64,000 bases of DNA, from assembly GCF_009914755.1 (NCBI RefSeq), contig NC_060928.1; one strand, 5' to 3'. The position numbers and the translations under genes are program-made. The DNA is from the human T2T-CHM13v2.0 reference genome, Homo sapiens. The notes beneath the pieces are model-generated. The model was not told where the DNA came from. It did no database searches and was given only the letters and a program-made list of their open reading frames with translations. This document shows positions 41,636-57,423 of this stretch, piece by piece. Each line of letters starts with the position of its first letter. The stretch's first letter is position 1.

Positions 41636-42709
41636 TCATTTTCTTTCAATTAACATATAAGTTAGCATTTATTTGATAATCTTTTGAAATGGAGTCAAGT
41701 GTTTGATGTTGAGGCGCAGAGTAAAGTCCTTTATAAATCATACCCATAATTTGAATTTGATTCTCATAAAGTAGAATAAGAATGTAAAATATATAAAAAA
41801 CAATTTAATTTTAAAAATTTGACATTTTTATATTTTCCAAATATGTATAGCATTATATGGTTTTGCAATTTTGCAAGCATTTTTAAGCTCAAATTTTAAT
41901 TTTCTTTTTAGCAATTGGCTTTTACTAAATATTTCTAAAACATTCAATCTAGTTTTTAATTAAAATTATAGTTGTTTTCATTTACCTTTTCATGTTTTAT
42001 GTATTTACATAAGAGTTATCTAGATAATGTATTTATTTATAATAAAAAATGAATTAACTGGAGTTGGCATTTATAGATTTAGGATAAACACCATAGCTCT
42101 TGGTCAGCATGTTACTCAGATGATAGTAGTAGAAATGATCACATATACTGAATTATAAACTATGGCTACAAATATTTAGCTTGAAGGCATTTCTTCTTCA
42201 CAGGAAATGAAGAAACTGAGTGAATTTGGTGAGTCTGCTCTGTATCATCCTATTTTAGTTGCATCTATCCTCCATAATTGTTGTCTTTACAGTGTAAATA
42301 GTCATAAAGAGAAATGGGAAACTGTGGGTTCCAAACACAAAGGTGTATAAAAGAGATAATTATTTCATAAGTTAACATTCCTAGAAATAATAAGAAAAGG
42401 ATACAGAAAAATACTCATTACAAATTCCAGGTCCTTGCAACTTATTGGTGCTCAAAATTTTAAATGACTGGTTTAGCTATTTCCTTATATAATTAAAATA
42501 AAAATTTTCCATAATTAATAATATGATAAAAAAATAAGACAGACTATAAATAGGATACAGAATTAGGAAGTATATATTTGAAAATTTCCAATAAACTAAA
42601 TAACCTAGAGAAATAGGAAAAAATAGAATCATACAGAAAGCACAGTTTAGTACCAAAAAATATGTGCTCTGGAGTCAGACTGCCTGAGTTCAAGGTTAAA
42701 AGCATCAGC

Positions 42710-42764
42710 TATAAGCATATGAGAAGATGCTCAATATCACTAATCAAAGAAATGCCAATAAAAA

Positions 42765-42817
<53 letters not shown>

Positions 42818-43470
42818 GATGGCTACTACCAAACCCAGAAAATAACAAGTATTGGTGAGAAGGTGGACAAATTAGAACCCTCGTGCACTGGTAGTAAAAT
42901 TGTAAAGTGATGCAACCACTGTGGAAAGTAGTAAGGAGGTTCCCCAAAATTAAAAATAGGACTACCATATTATGCAGTAAATCCACTTCTGGGTATATAT
43001 CCAAAAGAATTGAAAACAGGCTCTCAAAGAGATATTTGCCAAGAGGTAGAACCAACTCAAATATTCATGCTTGGATAGGTGGATAAACACAGTGGGATAC
43101 ACAAATGTCACGGAATATTACACTGTCTCAAAAAAAAAGAGATCCTGTCATATGCTACAGCATGGTCAAATCTTGAGGACATTATGTTAAGCAAAATAAG
43201 CCAGGCACAAAAAGATGTATACTGGAGGGTTCCACTTATATAAGGTATCTAAAGTAGTCAAATTCATAGAAACAGAAAGGAAAATGTTGGTAACTAGGTA
43301 CTGGGGGAAGGAAAAAAAGGAGGAGTTGTTTAATGGATATAGAATTTTAGTTTCGCAAGATGAAAAAGTTTTGTTTCACAACAATGTGAATATATTTAAG
43401 ACTAGTGAACTGTACATTAATAAATGGTTAAAATAATAGATTTTATGTTACATGCCTTTTACCATATGCA
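42710..43470 (+). mobile_element. L1MB 3' end inserted in a MIR
   Basis: 'atccacttctgggtatatatccaaaagaattgaaaacagg', 'gtagtcaaattcatagaaacagaaag'; MIR halves at ~42640-42705 and ~43500-43640. Confidence 0.8.
42766..42814. repeat. (CA)n microsatellite, about 24 units
   Basis: Perfect CA run, seen directly. Confidence 0.97.
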
Positions 43471-44346
43471 CCCACACCTACACACAAACACAACAATAAC
43501 AACTTACTAGCCAGATAACTATGGTTAAGACACATAACTTCTCTCAGTCTCAATTTTTGTATCTGTTAATGGTGACTATAGTAATAGATATGGCATACGT
43601 TTATTGAGTTGAAAAAATAAGATAAACATAAAAGACTTCACACAATCAAAGAGAAGTATAGGCAAAAAGCAAATAAGTAAATAATAATTCATTGGTTTAA
43701 AATAGAATTTAAACGAATTTAGTTAGAAAATAATGTGTACAATAATTAACCTCTGTGCCTGCATATATTGGTTTAGCTTCAGTATGAGAAGGCAATGAAT
43801 CTCAAAAAATTTCTGAGTAATATTTTTAAATATTGATTTCAATTATTAAATTAAGATCTTGATTTCTACCATAATTTATTCTGCCTCTGGACACCCTGAC
43901 CAGCCTCTGATTTTTTTTTCTTTATAATAAAATGATGTTTGGACTGAAGGCTTTACCAGTCTTTGGTGAAATAATTAGAAGCAAATGGGCAATGGTTTTC
44001 AGAGTAGCCCTGGATTTAATCAGCCTTGGTAATGGCCTCATTCAAATAAGAACAAAATTCATAGAAAAAAAGGTTATGGGAGGTGGGTGAGTGTTTAAAT
44101 ATAGAAAAAAAAAGAAACAGGTTAAAAAGCCAAAATTTTACTTATACAATTTGCCTGTCTTCTCACCTGCTGTTTTTACCTTTTAATTTTTTATCTCTCT
44201 CATTATAGCCCCGTCAGGGAGTGTTGCATGCTTCATTGCTTGATGCTATTAAAACTTAAGTTAAAAAAATTTAAATCTCTTCTACCTGTATTGTTCTCCT
44301 TTCCTGTCCAGAGTACAAGGTTGTTCAGTATATGAAGACAGTGTTT

Positions 44347-44386
<40 letters not shown>

Positions 44387-44424
44387 TGGTGTGTGTGTGT
44401 GTTGTGTGTGTGTGTGTGTTTGTG
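44347..44424. repeat. Compound (CT)n(GT)n microsatellite
   Basis: Seen directly. Confidence 0.95.
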
Positions 44425-45075
44425 CATGCATGTGCCTTCATGCGTAGAGTTTTTAAGGATCAAATTGTTTGCTACATCTGGCCTCCATTCTATAAATGAC
44501 ACAACTGGGAATAAGTTATTAATGAATTTATATTTCTTTAAATATTTGGAAATTGATTGGGAAGGCAATTCACTGGAGAAGAGGAAGGTCCCTTAGGAAT
44601 CACTCCCATTTACCTGGTGCCTTCATTTCTCAGATCATTTGAAATGCTAATTACAAATTGTTTTTGACTGTGCTGATGACCCAGGTAGTTACACTGTGGA
44701 AAGAAATCACCATTTGAATATATGTCTGCTCTAATGAAGGTTACATACTCAGGGACCCAGATCAAGAAATAAATAGAGCAATAAACAGGCTGCTTTTCTT
44801 TGTTTTCCTTAGTATTTATAGCAAAACTATACATACAATTTATAGTATTTATTGTTTATATATAATACTATTTATTGTTTATATATAATGTGTGAATATA
44901 TATTTAAATATATAAATATATGTACAACTATTTACTATTATGACTCTTCAAGTAGATTTTCATAGATTGCAAATACCTTGCTTGCTGAGATAAAGACATT
45001 TAAAGATGCTGCTCATAATGACTATTTTATTTTCAGATCAAAAGGGTGACACCGCCATATCTAATGAGGTTTTGA

Positions 45076-45363
45076 TTTTTTTTTTTTCTTTGAGACAAGG
45101 TTGTGCTCTGCTGCCAAGGCTGGAGTACAGTGGCGCAATCATGGCTCACTGCAGCCTTGAACTCCTGGGCTCTAGGTATTCTCCCTCCTCAACCTGCTGA
45201 GTAGCTGGGACTACTGGTAAAGTGGCTAATTAAAAATTTTTTTTTTTTGTAGAGACTGGGTCTATGTTGTCTAGGATGGTCTTGAACTCTTAGGCTCAAT
45301 TGTCCCTCCTGCCTCTGCTTCCCAAGGTGCTGGGATTACAGGTGTGAGCCATCACGCCCAGCC
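45076..45363 (-). mobile_element. AluJ
   Basis: 'atcatggctcactgcagccttgaactcctgggctc' J-type diagnostic. Confidence 0.88.
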
Positions 45364-46801
45364 ATGTTTTGATGTTTCTATGGTTAATTTATATATTACT
45401 CTTTCAGTTTAATCAGTCTCAGTTTACTCACTAAAAATCAGTTTACTGCTAAAATTCCTAAAACAGAGCTGAGTATCCCACTGAAGTCCCAAAATATGAC
45501 TGCCTGATGTGGACTTAAAGGGAAACTTGAGTTGTGAGAAATCTTATTTATGAACAAAAACCTCCGGTTGTGAAAGAAGTATTTAATGGTTTTTTTTTTT
45601 TCCTGATTTCTCAGTCAATTTCAGTTATCATTTACTCACAGAAGCAACTGGCTAGTTATCTAATATTCTTGATACCTGATGTGATAGTCGAACGTGTTTC
45701 TGCTTTCAAACATGAGAAGAAACATTTCAAAACCAACAATAGGTAAGCAGATGTCCAATAAATCCTTTAGACCATTGGGCTTAGGAAGAAAGAAGCTTCA
45801 TCCCCACTTCCCTTCCATCATTTTAATATGGGTGAACAAAGGAACAAAAGCTCAGCAGCTGACAGTACTCTCATGTCTCTCCAACTCAGTGAAATCACAC
45901 ATTTTCCAGGTTTCCTGGCTGTGCATTAATGAGGGAATTGTCAGAGGGAAAGAAAGAGTGAGTTCATGGTTCTCAGTTCCATATGTCAGTTCTTCAGCTA
46001 CCAACCCACTGTATTATGGCTTCTAGAAAATATGCTCCATTCATTAATAAATGGTAATTTAGGGAATATTTATATTTTTACTATATTATATGGATCCTCC
46101 CAAGCAATATTCATTTAGATTTTGGGCCTGGAATTGCTTCTCTAATATTGTCCAACAGCTTCTTCTCTCCTCAAATGCAGACATATGTTGGCAACAAGCC
46201 ACTTCAAATTATTTCTCATTACTTTATCTCTTCTTTTAACATGTTCTTACTGTGTGGAGCTTTGCCAATTGCTGACAAAAGCCAAATGGAAAAAAAGGGA
46301 AGATACTTTGATGGGTAATCTGTTTCAGCTACGCAGTAGCACCACTCTATACTCTACTGGAATCGGCTTCTTGCCAAAGATCATACCTGCTGCCTGCAAT
46401 GTTAAACACAGGAAACCTGCTGCTGCTGCTTCTTCTGCTGTTGCTGACTCTGGTGGCCATGGATGTGCCTCAAGAGGAGAAAGGCAAGGAAAAGATACGC
46501 CTATTTATTTAAGTGGCCATGTAAAGAGAAAATTTCTCCATCAGTTTCTGAGCTCTGCAAGTCTTAAACTGTTATTAGTTAAACAAAAAATCAGTTGACT
46601 TTCGTTCATTCAATGAGATATATTGAATAATTTCTGCATGCATAACACCAGGTTAGTCACTTGAAGATGAACCGCCCACTAAATGTTGTCTAAATGTAGC
46701 TTCTGCTGAGAAAAAATTTATAATATGATAGAGAGGATAAAAGGTAAACATTGACGGTAAAAAATGGTGGTGACAATGACAATAATGGATAAAAGATATG
46801 T

Positions 46802-47045
46802 ATATGTAGGAGTTAAAAAATAAATCAGTTCTTTCACAGTGTTTGAGGAAACTATGAAATAGATTGAACTTGATCTAGATCTTGAAGGATAACGAGATTG
46901 AGAGAGAGAGAGAGAGAGAGAATATGCAAAAGTTCAAAGAAAAAAGAAATCAGTTACAAGACAGTATTTGACAAAACCGTGAAACAGATTGAATTTGATC
47001 TAGATCTTGAAGGATAACTAGATTAAAAAGAGAGAGAGAGAGAGA
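46802..47045 (+). repeat. Diverged tandem duplication (about 120-bp unit) ending in (GA)n
   Basis: 'aaatcagtt…acagt.tttga…gaaa.agattgaa.ttgatctagatcttgaaggataac.agatt' occurs twice. Confidence 0.85.
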
Positions 47046-48972
47046 AGGAGAGAATACTTGGCCAATGAAAGAGAATGAAGGTGGATACATAGAGGTTATT
47101 TTAAACCTAATCACAATCTAGTTTGATATAAAGGATACTTTTGGAAAATAGCACTGGAAAAGTTAGTAGGGACCAGATTATAAAATATAGCCAAGAAAAT
47201 ACCAAGCAGCAAGAATTTTATGTAGAACGCATAGAACCTTTTATAAGCAAAAAATAGTGAGTATTTTTCACTGGGAACCTGATGGGGAAAACTTGGATAT
47301 GTGACACACTCTTAGCCGATTTAGGGCCACAAGAGGAAAGAGTAGGTAATCTCATGGGTCATGATGATGACATTGGGAAAAATAAGGGTAAGCCAGATTT
47401 GAGACTAGAGAATTATCTAGGGTCTGCCGACTGCTTGGATGGGAGAATCAGAAAAGAATAAAAAATAAAAATTTTGTATCCGACTAAAAGACAAAATCAT
47501 ATTCTACAAACTCAAATAGAGAAGAGTGCCTCTGCGTACACACCCCACACAAATATTCCTTTTGTTGTAATGCAATGTTCAGGGAATTCTAAAGATTTTA
47601 TGCATTATTGGTAACTTTAAAAAGCTATGTAATCTTCCTTCTGTTTTCTGATCCAAAAAAAATTGTGTGGGAATTCTATGATCCTACCCATGAGTCTGTG
47701 TGGGATCAGGGTCAGGACCCCTTCTCAAAAACTCACCAGCACAAAAATTCTTTTACTTGCATTTACTCATTATCTTCTAATTTGTGTAAACAAAACACAT
47801 TAAAAATAACTTTAGGTTAAGTGTACAAAAAAAAGGAGGCAGGGAAAAAATAGCTCTGAATAAACATTTCCTAGATTTTTTTTCTTTATTCTTAGACATC
47901 TATGTCGAAGGAAAAGGCCAGTAGTTTGAATACATCATGGTCTAGTAACCAAATTGTGTGGTAGGTAGTTAGAATTTGGAAGGCAGGTAGGCTTGGGGAG
48001 CAGTAGGTGAGCAAGTTTAACTGAGCACAAAGAGCCTACTTTTAAAATGTGAGGAGCCTACTTTTAAAATCTAAATAGCTCTTGTAGAAGCAAACATGTT
48101 GGCTAGGTCATTCTTTGTACATTTTTTCATTCCCGATTTTTACCTTCAACCTGCTATCACAGTTCTTTCACTGGTAACAGGAATCATGAAAATGATATAC
48201 TGCAGCATTAGCAAGAAGGCTCAAAATGTGGCCAGTTAAATTATTTGTGGCGCACCAGGTGTCCTTGCATGGTTTGGAGACAATCTGCCCCAGGGTCTAA
48301 TCTCACAGTCTTTCATGTAAAGTCGGCACAGAAGAACTACTCATAATGGGATATCAGTCGGAATTTTCTTATTAGTGATGAAATAAACCAGAACTAGGAC
48401 TCAAATCATTTCATGTGCAGTACGTTCTTTCTCCTTTCATATTGTCTACAGTCTGAGGATATGTCCTTGGCTATTTGTTTTTTTCAAGAAAAAGAGGTTT
48501 AGTGACTTGAAATTCCTTTTCACTGATTCCCCAAAAGCAGAAAATGATACAAATTTATTACAATGAATATTTTTAAGTAATATCAGATCCAAATTGCATG
48601 AGTTAATAAAAGCAAAATTATTTTATGTCAATTTAATTTATTGGAAGGAAATTGAAAATAAATATGAAACATGTTGAGAAGAAATGAGATAAATATATCT
48701 ATTATAAAACTACAGAAAATACATTATATTTTAACACCTTTCTGATATCATAAAAATGTAATTATGTTTCTTAAGAGTTGCAAAGGTATTTCAAATCATC
48801 TTTTGCAGCTTATGTATTGTTCTCATTTACTTGCATTTCTATGTATTCATCTTTTTTAACAGATGTTTTAAGTGTTTTCAATATGTAACAAAGGCAGTGT
48901 CCTAGGTTCTGGGGGAGAAGATGGATAGGGACTGGGTCTGGAGGTTCCCTAACAAAATAGAAAGACTGGTCA

Positions 48973-49425
<453 letters not shown>

Positions 49426-49767
49426 TTAGGTTGTATTTTGAAAGGTAATTAAGACATCGTTAATTAAACAAAAGGAATTCTAGGCAATGGGAAGAGGCTT
49501 CCCAATGTGGAGCTAGGGAGAGGTGTCATGAGGAGCTTATGATGTGTGTGAGTGCTTGTTTCTGGGTAAAGTACAGTTAGCAGTGTTAGTTGATTATCAT
49601 TTTACTGCTTATTTTTGCTTGCATATAGCATTTCATTGCCCATTAAACATAGTGTTTGGTTAGACACTTATAAAACAGTAAATTCAACAAAAACAAAAAA
49701 GAAAACAAAACACACCTGAAAATGGATAATGATAATGTCACCATCATTAAAAAAAATTATGAGTACC

Positions 49768-50596
49768 TGGTAGGTGTATGTATTTAGAGGGTACATGAAA
49801 TATTTTGATATAGACATATAATACATAACAACCACATCAGGGTAGAAAGGAAATCCATCACCTTAACCATTTATCATTTCTTTGTATTACAAACCTTCCA
49901 ATTATGCTCTTCTAGTTATTTTTAAATGTACAATTAATTATTATTGACTGTAATCACTTTATTGTGCTATCAAATACTAGATTTTACTCATTCTATCTAA
50001 CCATGTTTCTGTGCCCATTAACCATCCTCACTCATCTCCTTTCTCAGCCTTTGATAATCATCATTCTACTCTCTATCTTGATGAATGAGTTAAATTGTTT
50101 TAATTTTCTTTAGCTCCCATAAATAAGTGAAGATGTATGAAGTTTATTTCACTTAATGTAATGTTATTTCTGTGCCTGGTTTATTTCACTTGATATAATA
50201 TTTTCCTGTTCTATCACTGTTGTGGCAAAGGACAGGTTCTCGTATTTTCATGGCTGAATAGAACTCTATTGTATATATGTACCATATTTTCTTTATCAAT
50301 TTGTCTGCTGATGGACACTTAGAGTTCTTCAAAATCTTGGTTTTGTAAATAGTGCTGCAATAAACATGGGCATGCAGCTATCCCTTTGATATACCTATTT
50401 TCTTTCTATTGAGAATATACCCAGAAGTGGCATTGCTGTATCATATGGTAGTTCTACTTTTAGTTTTTCAAGGAACCTCCATACTGTTCTCCATAGAGGC
50501 TGTACTAATTTACATTCCCACCAACAGTGTATGAGGGTTCCCTTTTCTCCACATCCTTGGTAGCATTTCTTATCACCTGTCTTTTGTATAAAAGCC
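49768..50596 (-). mobile_element. L1MA2/3-like 3' end
   Basis: 'gggtacatgaaatattttgatatagacat…aatccatcacc…atttacattcccaccaacagtgtatgagggttccc'. Confidence 0.85.
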
Positions 50597-51162
50597 TGAT
50601 GTCACTGTCTTTGATGAGAAATACATGGCCATCAACCACCTCCTTATAGTTGAGAGAAACTGATTTTGAAATCATTTTACTACTTTTCTTTACTTATGTT
50701 ATCATTGTAAATAAAAACTATTGAATCATACAACACTTTTGAAAATCCAAGTTCAAGACACTACACAATTCATGAAGTGCCCATGTTCTTATATTTTCAA
50801 ATTATGAGGAAAGGAACATATTTATTCTTCTCTTTAGGGTAATAAATGTAGTAATAACAGAAGTACCCTTAAGTTTACTTGGACAATTCTATTGTCTGTG
50901 TTCTCTCCTAAGATGTGTCTACTTCAAATTAGGAAAGAAACTTGAAGAATTGCTAATGTCTTTTGTATAGTACCACTTATGTGTGTATTTGGTATACGTG
51001 AGAGTGTGTGTTTGCATGTGTGTAAGTAGAAGTGTGTTTCCTTTGTCTTGGCTAGAAAAATTTGGCAGCCTAGTTAATTGCTTTGAGTGTACTCAAATAT
51101 GAACAAAAGGGATTTCAGTTCACTTTTAGGGTGATTACCCACAACATCAAAAATATTCTGGT

Positions 51163-51480
51163 TGGTGAGGCATGGTGCATGCCTATAATCCCAGCACTTT
51201 AGGAGGCTGAGGCAGGCAGACAGCTTGAGGACAGGAGTTTGAGACCAGCCTGGGCAACATTGTGAAAACCTGTCTCTACAAAAGAAAAAAAAAAAATACA
51301 ACAACAACAAAAAATAGCCAGGTGTGGGGGCATGCACCTCTAGTCCCAGACATTTGCAAAGCTGAGGTGGGAGGATCACCTGAGCCTGTGAGGTCATGGC
51401 TGCCATGAGCTATGATCACACCACTGCACTGCAGCCTGGGCAACAGAGAGAGATCCTGTAAAAAAATGGGCAAGGAAAAA
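51163..51480 (+). mobile_element. AluJo-like
   Basis: 'cagcctgggcaacattgtgaaaacc', 'gaggtcatggctgccatgagctatgatcac'. Confidence 0.85.
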
Positions 51481-51690
51481 TAATATAATTATTATTTTTG
51501 TGAAAAAGATCATGTTTGCACATAGTAACAGGAAAATCAATGTACTGACATGTAATATCAAGAGATTGTTTCTCTGAGGGAAGTTATGGCATTTAATTTG
51601 GCAAAATTGACTTTGCATTTTTAGCTAATGTATTGAGTGTAAACTTAACTCCATGACTGTTAATTTTTCTGCTGTATAATTCAGAGTTCA

Positions 51691-54033
51691 TGATATGATT
51701 TGGCTGTGTCCCCACCCAAATCTCATCTTGAATTGTAATTCTTATAATCCCCACAAGTCTTTGGAAAGACCTAATGGCAGGTTGATCATGGGGGCAGTTC
51801 CTCTATGCTATTCTTGTGATAGTGAGTGAGTTCTCACAAGATCTGATGGTTTTGCTAGGGGCACTTCCCCTTTTGCTCCTTACTCTTCTCCCTCCTGCAA
51901 CCATGTGTAAAAGGTCCTTGTTTCTCCTTTGTCTTCTGCCATGACTAGTTTCCTGAGGCTTCCCCAGCCATGTGTAACTGTGAGTCAATTAAGCCTCTTT
52001 CCTTTATAAATTGCACAGTCTCGGGTATTTCTTTACAGCAGTGTGAAAATGGAATAATATACTAATTTGGTACCACAGAGAGTGGGGCACTGCTATTAAA
52101 ATAACCTGAAAATGTGGAATTGACTTTGGAACTGAGTAACAGGTGAGGTTTGAAGAGTTTGGAGGGCTCAGAAGAAGATGGGAAGATGTGGGAATGTTTG
52201 GAGCTTCCTAGGGACTTGTTGAATGATTTTGACCAAAATGTTCATAGTGATGTGAACAATGAAGTCCAGGCTGAGGTGGTCTCAGATGAAGATAAGAAGC
52301 TTATTGGGAACTGAATCAAAGTTCACTCTTGCTATGCTTTAACAAAGAGACTGGTGGCATTTGACCCCTGCCCTAGAGATTTGCAAAACTTGAACTTGAG
52401 AGAGATTGTTTAGAGTCTCTGGCAGAAGAAATCTCTAAGCAGCAAAGTGTTCAAGAGTTGATCTGGGTGCTCTTAAAAATGTTCAGTTATGGCCAGGCAA
52501 GGTGGCTCACACCTGTAATCCCAGCACTTTGGGAGGCTGAGGCAGGTACATCATGAGGTCAGGAGATCGAGACCATCCTGGCTAACATAGTGAAACCCCG
52601 TCTCTACTAAAAATACAAAAAAATTAGCCAGGCGTGGTGGCAGGTGTCTGTAGTCCCAGCTACTTTGAGGCTGAGGCAGGAGAATGACATCAACCCAGGA
52701 GGCAGAGCTTGCAGTGAGCCAAGATCACATCTCTGCCCTGGAGGCAGAGGAAGAAAAAATGGTTTTGTGGGCCCAACCCAGGGCCCGGCTGCTTTGTGCA
52801 GTCTTGGCACTTGGTGCTCTGCATCCCAACCATGGCTAAAATGGGCCAAGATACAGCTCAGGTCATTGCTTCAGAGGGTGCAAGCCCCAAGCCCTGGTGG
52901 CTTCCATGTGGTTTTGGGCCTGTGGATGCACAGAAGTCAAGAATTGAGATTTGGGGACCTCCACCTAGATTTCAGAGGATGTATGTAAATGCCCGGATAT
53001 CTAGGCAGAAGTCAGCTACTGGGGTGGGGGCCTCATGGAGAACCTCTGCTACGGCAGTGTGGAAGGGAAATGTGGGACTGGAGCCCATACACGGAATCCC
53101 CACTGGGTCATTGCCTAGTGGAGCTGTGAGAAGGACTCCATTCTCCAGTTCCCAGAATGGTAGATCCACCCACAGCTTAGACTGTGCAATTAGGAAAGCT
53201 GCAGACACTCAACACCAGCCTATGAAAGCAGCTGGAAGGGAGACTGTACCCTGCAAAGCCACAGGGGCACAGATGCCCAAGTCCATGGGAGCTCACTTCT
53301 TGTATCATGTAATATGGATGTGAGACATGGAGTCAAAAGAGATTATTTATTTAATGACTGCCCCCTGGTTTTCGGACTTGCATGGAGCCTGTAGCCCCTT
53401 TCTTTTGTCCAATTCTCCATTTTGAATGAGAGCATTTATTCAATGCTTGTACTACCATCATATCTTGGAAGTAATTCACTTGCTTTTGATTTTACAGGCT
53501 CATAGGCGGAATGGACTTGCCCTGTTTCAGATGAGACTTTGACTCAGACTTTTGGGTTAATGCTGGAATAAGCTAAGAATTTTTGAGACTTGGAAAGGCA
53601 TGACTGTGTTTTGAAATGTGAGGACATGGGATTTGGGAGGGAACAGGGGCATAGTGATATGATTTTGCTGTGTCCCCACTCAAATCTCATTTTGAATTGT
53701 AATCTCTGTAATCCCCACTTGTCTAGAGACAGACCTGGTGGGAGGTAATTGGATCATGAGGGCAGTTTTCCTCATGCTGTTCTCATGATAGTGAGTGAGT
53801 TCTCATGAGATCTGATGGTTTTATGAGGGGCTCTTCCTCCTTTGCTCCTTGTTCTTCTTTCTTCTGCTGCTATGTGAAGAAGGTCCTTGCTTCCCCTTTG
53901 CCTTCTGCCATGACTGTAAGTTTCCTGAGGCCTCCCCAGTCATGTATAACTGTGAGTCAATTAAACCATTTTCCTTTATAAGTTACCCAGTCTAGGGTAT
54001 GTCTTTACAGCAGTGTGAAAATAGACTAATAGA
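51691..54033 (+). mobile_element. THE1 (THE1D-like) two-LTR MaLR provirus: LTR 51691-52061, internal region, LTR 53655-54033
   Basis: Two homologous LTRs, THE1-int ('aatttggtaccacagagagtggggcactgct…'), purine tract before the 3' LTR, TSD gttca/gttcc. Confidence 0.92.
52491..52728 (+). mobile_element. AluY, 3'-deleted, inside THE1-int
   Basis: 'gaccatcctggctaacatagtg', 'gcagagcttgcagtgagcc'; no tail or TSD. Confidence 0.85.
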
Positions 54034-54666
54034 GTTCCCAATGTAATAACCTGCATTTATAGGTACTTAATATTTAATTGATATAGTATTTTTATCAATA
54101 CAAAGTCAAATCTATTCCAAGCAAAATTATAAAGCCTATCTTTGGCACCCTCAACTATATTGATTTTTTACAGTATTTGTCATCTACAGAATGATATAAG
54201 CACTAAGTTTAACATTTCTCACATAAGTAAAGGAATGGTAATAAGATTTATTTCATATTTTGTGGTCTGCTACAGTTCTTGGACCTAAAAGATGAATGGA
54301 TGACCCCAGTTTAGTTGTTTGGTTAGATTACACAGAAGACTGTAGCTCTTCTTCATGGCTAACCTCTCTGAATATGGTAACATAATCAAAAGTAGGATTC
54401 CTAGAATAGCTACAGAAAAGAAGCCTTAGGAAATGAGAAAGAGGATTTGCATTTAGGCAAGAGAGGAACACTGAAAACAAGTCCACATTAAGATTATCAG
54501 GACGAATAGGAGACCACTCAGTCAGAGAAGCTGCTTATTTACTGTAATGAGTTGAGTTATTGATAATAGATTTTACAATAATCACAAAATGTTTTTGATT
54601 TATCCTTAGCCATATAATTAAAAAATAAGTTTTAAAATAATTTTGAAAAACAAACTTTGCAGTCTT

Positions 54667-54697
<31 letters not shown>

Positions 54698-54718
54698 AAA
54701 ACAAAACAAACAAAAAAC
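54667..54718. repeat. (TAAA)n/(CAAA)n simple repeat
   Basis: Seen directly. Confidence 0.9.
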
Positions 54719-55077
54719 GTTCAGTTCCAATAGTCAATTACTATGAGGTCTTCTGTAAGTTATTTCATATATCTAAAACTCCTTTGAAAATAGTGATAAT
54801 AAATTTCTTATTAAGTTTCTCAGACTATATTTAATAAGGTATGCAAAGCACTTAATAGAGTGCCTACAAAAAAATGCTCAATATATGATAGCTACTGATT
54901 TTTTAAAATTTTTGCTAGTATTGAATTTCAAGTTACATTAAAAGTTAAGCAAATACTATTATCCAGATTATAAACTCTTGAGATTAGAAGAAATTTAAAT
55001 TTTACAATGTATTATCTATAATCTGTGAGTAATCGGTTAATGCTTTTTATCTCTGAAATATATATTAAAGAAACATT

Positions 55078-55407
<330 letters not shown>

Positions 55408-55879
55408 CTAGATACATGATCAGCTCATTGTGTCTTAATTCTTACCTTCTCGTTTACTTTAGTACTTTCTCAACAATCTCAAGATCTCCACATTGTAAGC
55501 ATATCTATGATTAAAGATAGAACCTAAGTATTATAATCCTTATGTAGTTGTGTTTATAATAAGGGCTCTTTGTTTCTGTACCTTCTCTTCAGAAATCGGT
55601 TTTACTTACATCCTATATTTGATTCCTATCATCACACTTTTACTGTAAGCTTTCTTTCAGCCTAGTCTAATCTGGAAAAAAAAAAAGCCAATTGTTCCAA
55701 AGCTTTTCTTTTCCCTCATGAAGGCTGCATGCCAATGTACCTGTTTTGTGTTTTTATTTGTGACCAAATATTAGTAAACTATAAAAATGAATTTTTCTTC
55801 CATTAAGGTTCACTCATGATTACATTATGTTCTCACTCCCAGTTATACCATTCATATTCCATTTCTTGATTCATAGGGA

Positions 55880-56845
<966 letters not shown>

Positions 56846-57110
56846 AACAGGAGGTTCTGAAATATGTAGGAGCACATGAGAATGTCGTTTTATTAAAGTC
56901 TATGGTATGGATATTTTCTTATAATAGCATTTCTGAACTTTATTACCTTCTAAATAAAAGCAATAATAGAATGGAAAATTACTTTATCTGATGATTTCAG
57001 TTGTTTTTAATAAACAAAGCATGATTACTCCAAAGGCTGATTGAAAGTTTATTCAGAAGGTGTTTAAGAGGGATAGAAATACATACTCAACCAGCAAAAG
57101 GCCAATTTCT

Positions 57111-57423
<313 letters not shown>

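Noticed and set aside
46185-46598. 137-aa ORF
   Set aside because: No family resemblance or splice support; the poly-Ala comes from a CTG repeat.
52796-53323. Longest ORF in the track (175 aa)
   Set aside because: Lies in THE1 internal sequence, a decayed MaLR frame with no gene context.
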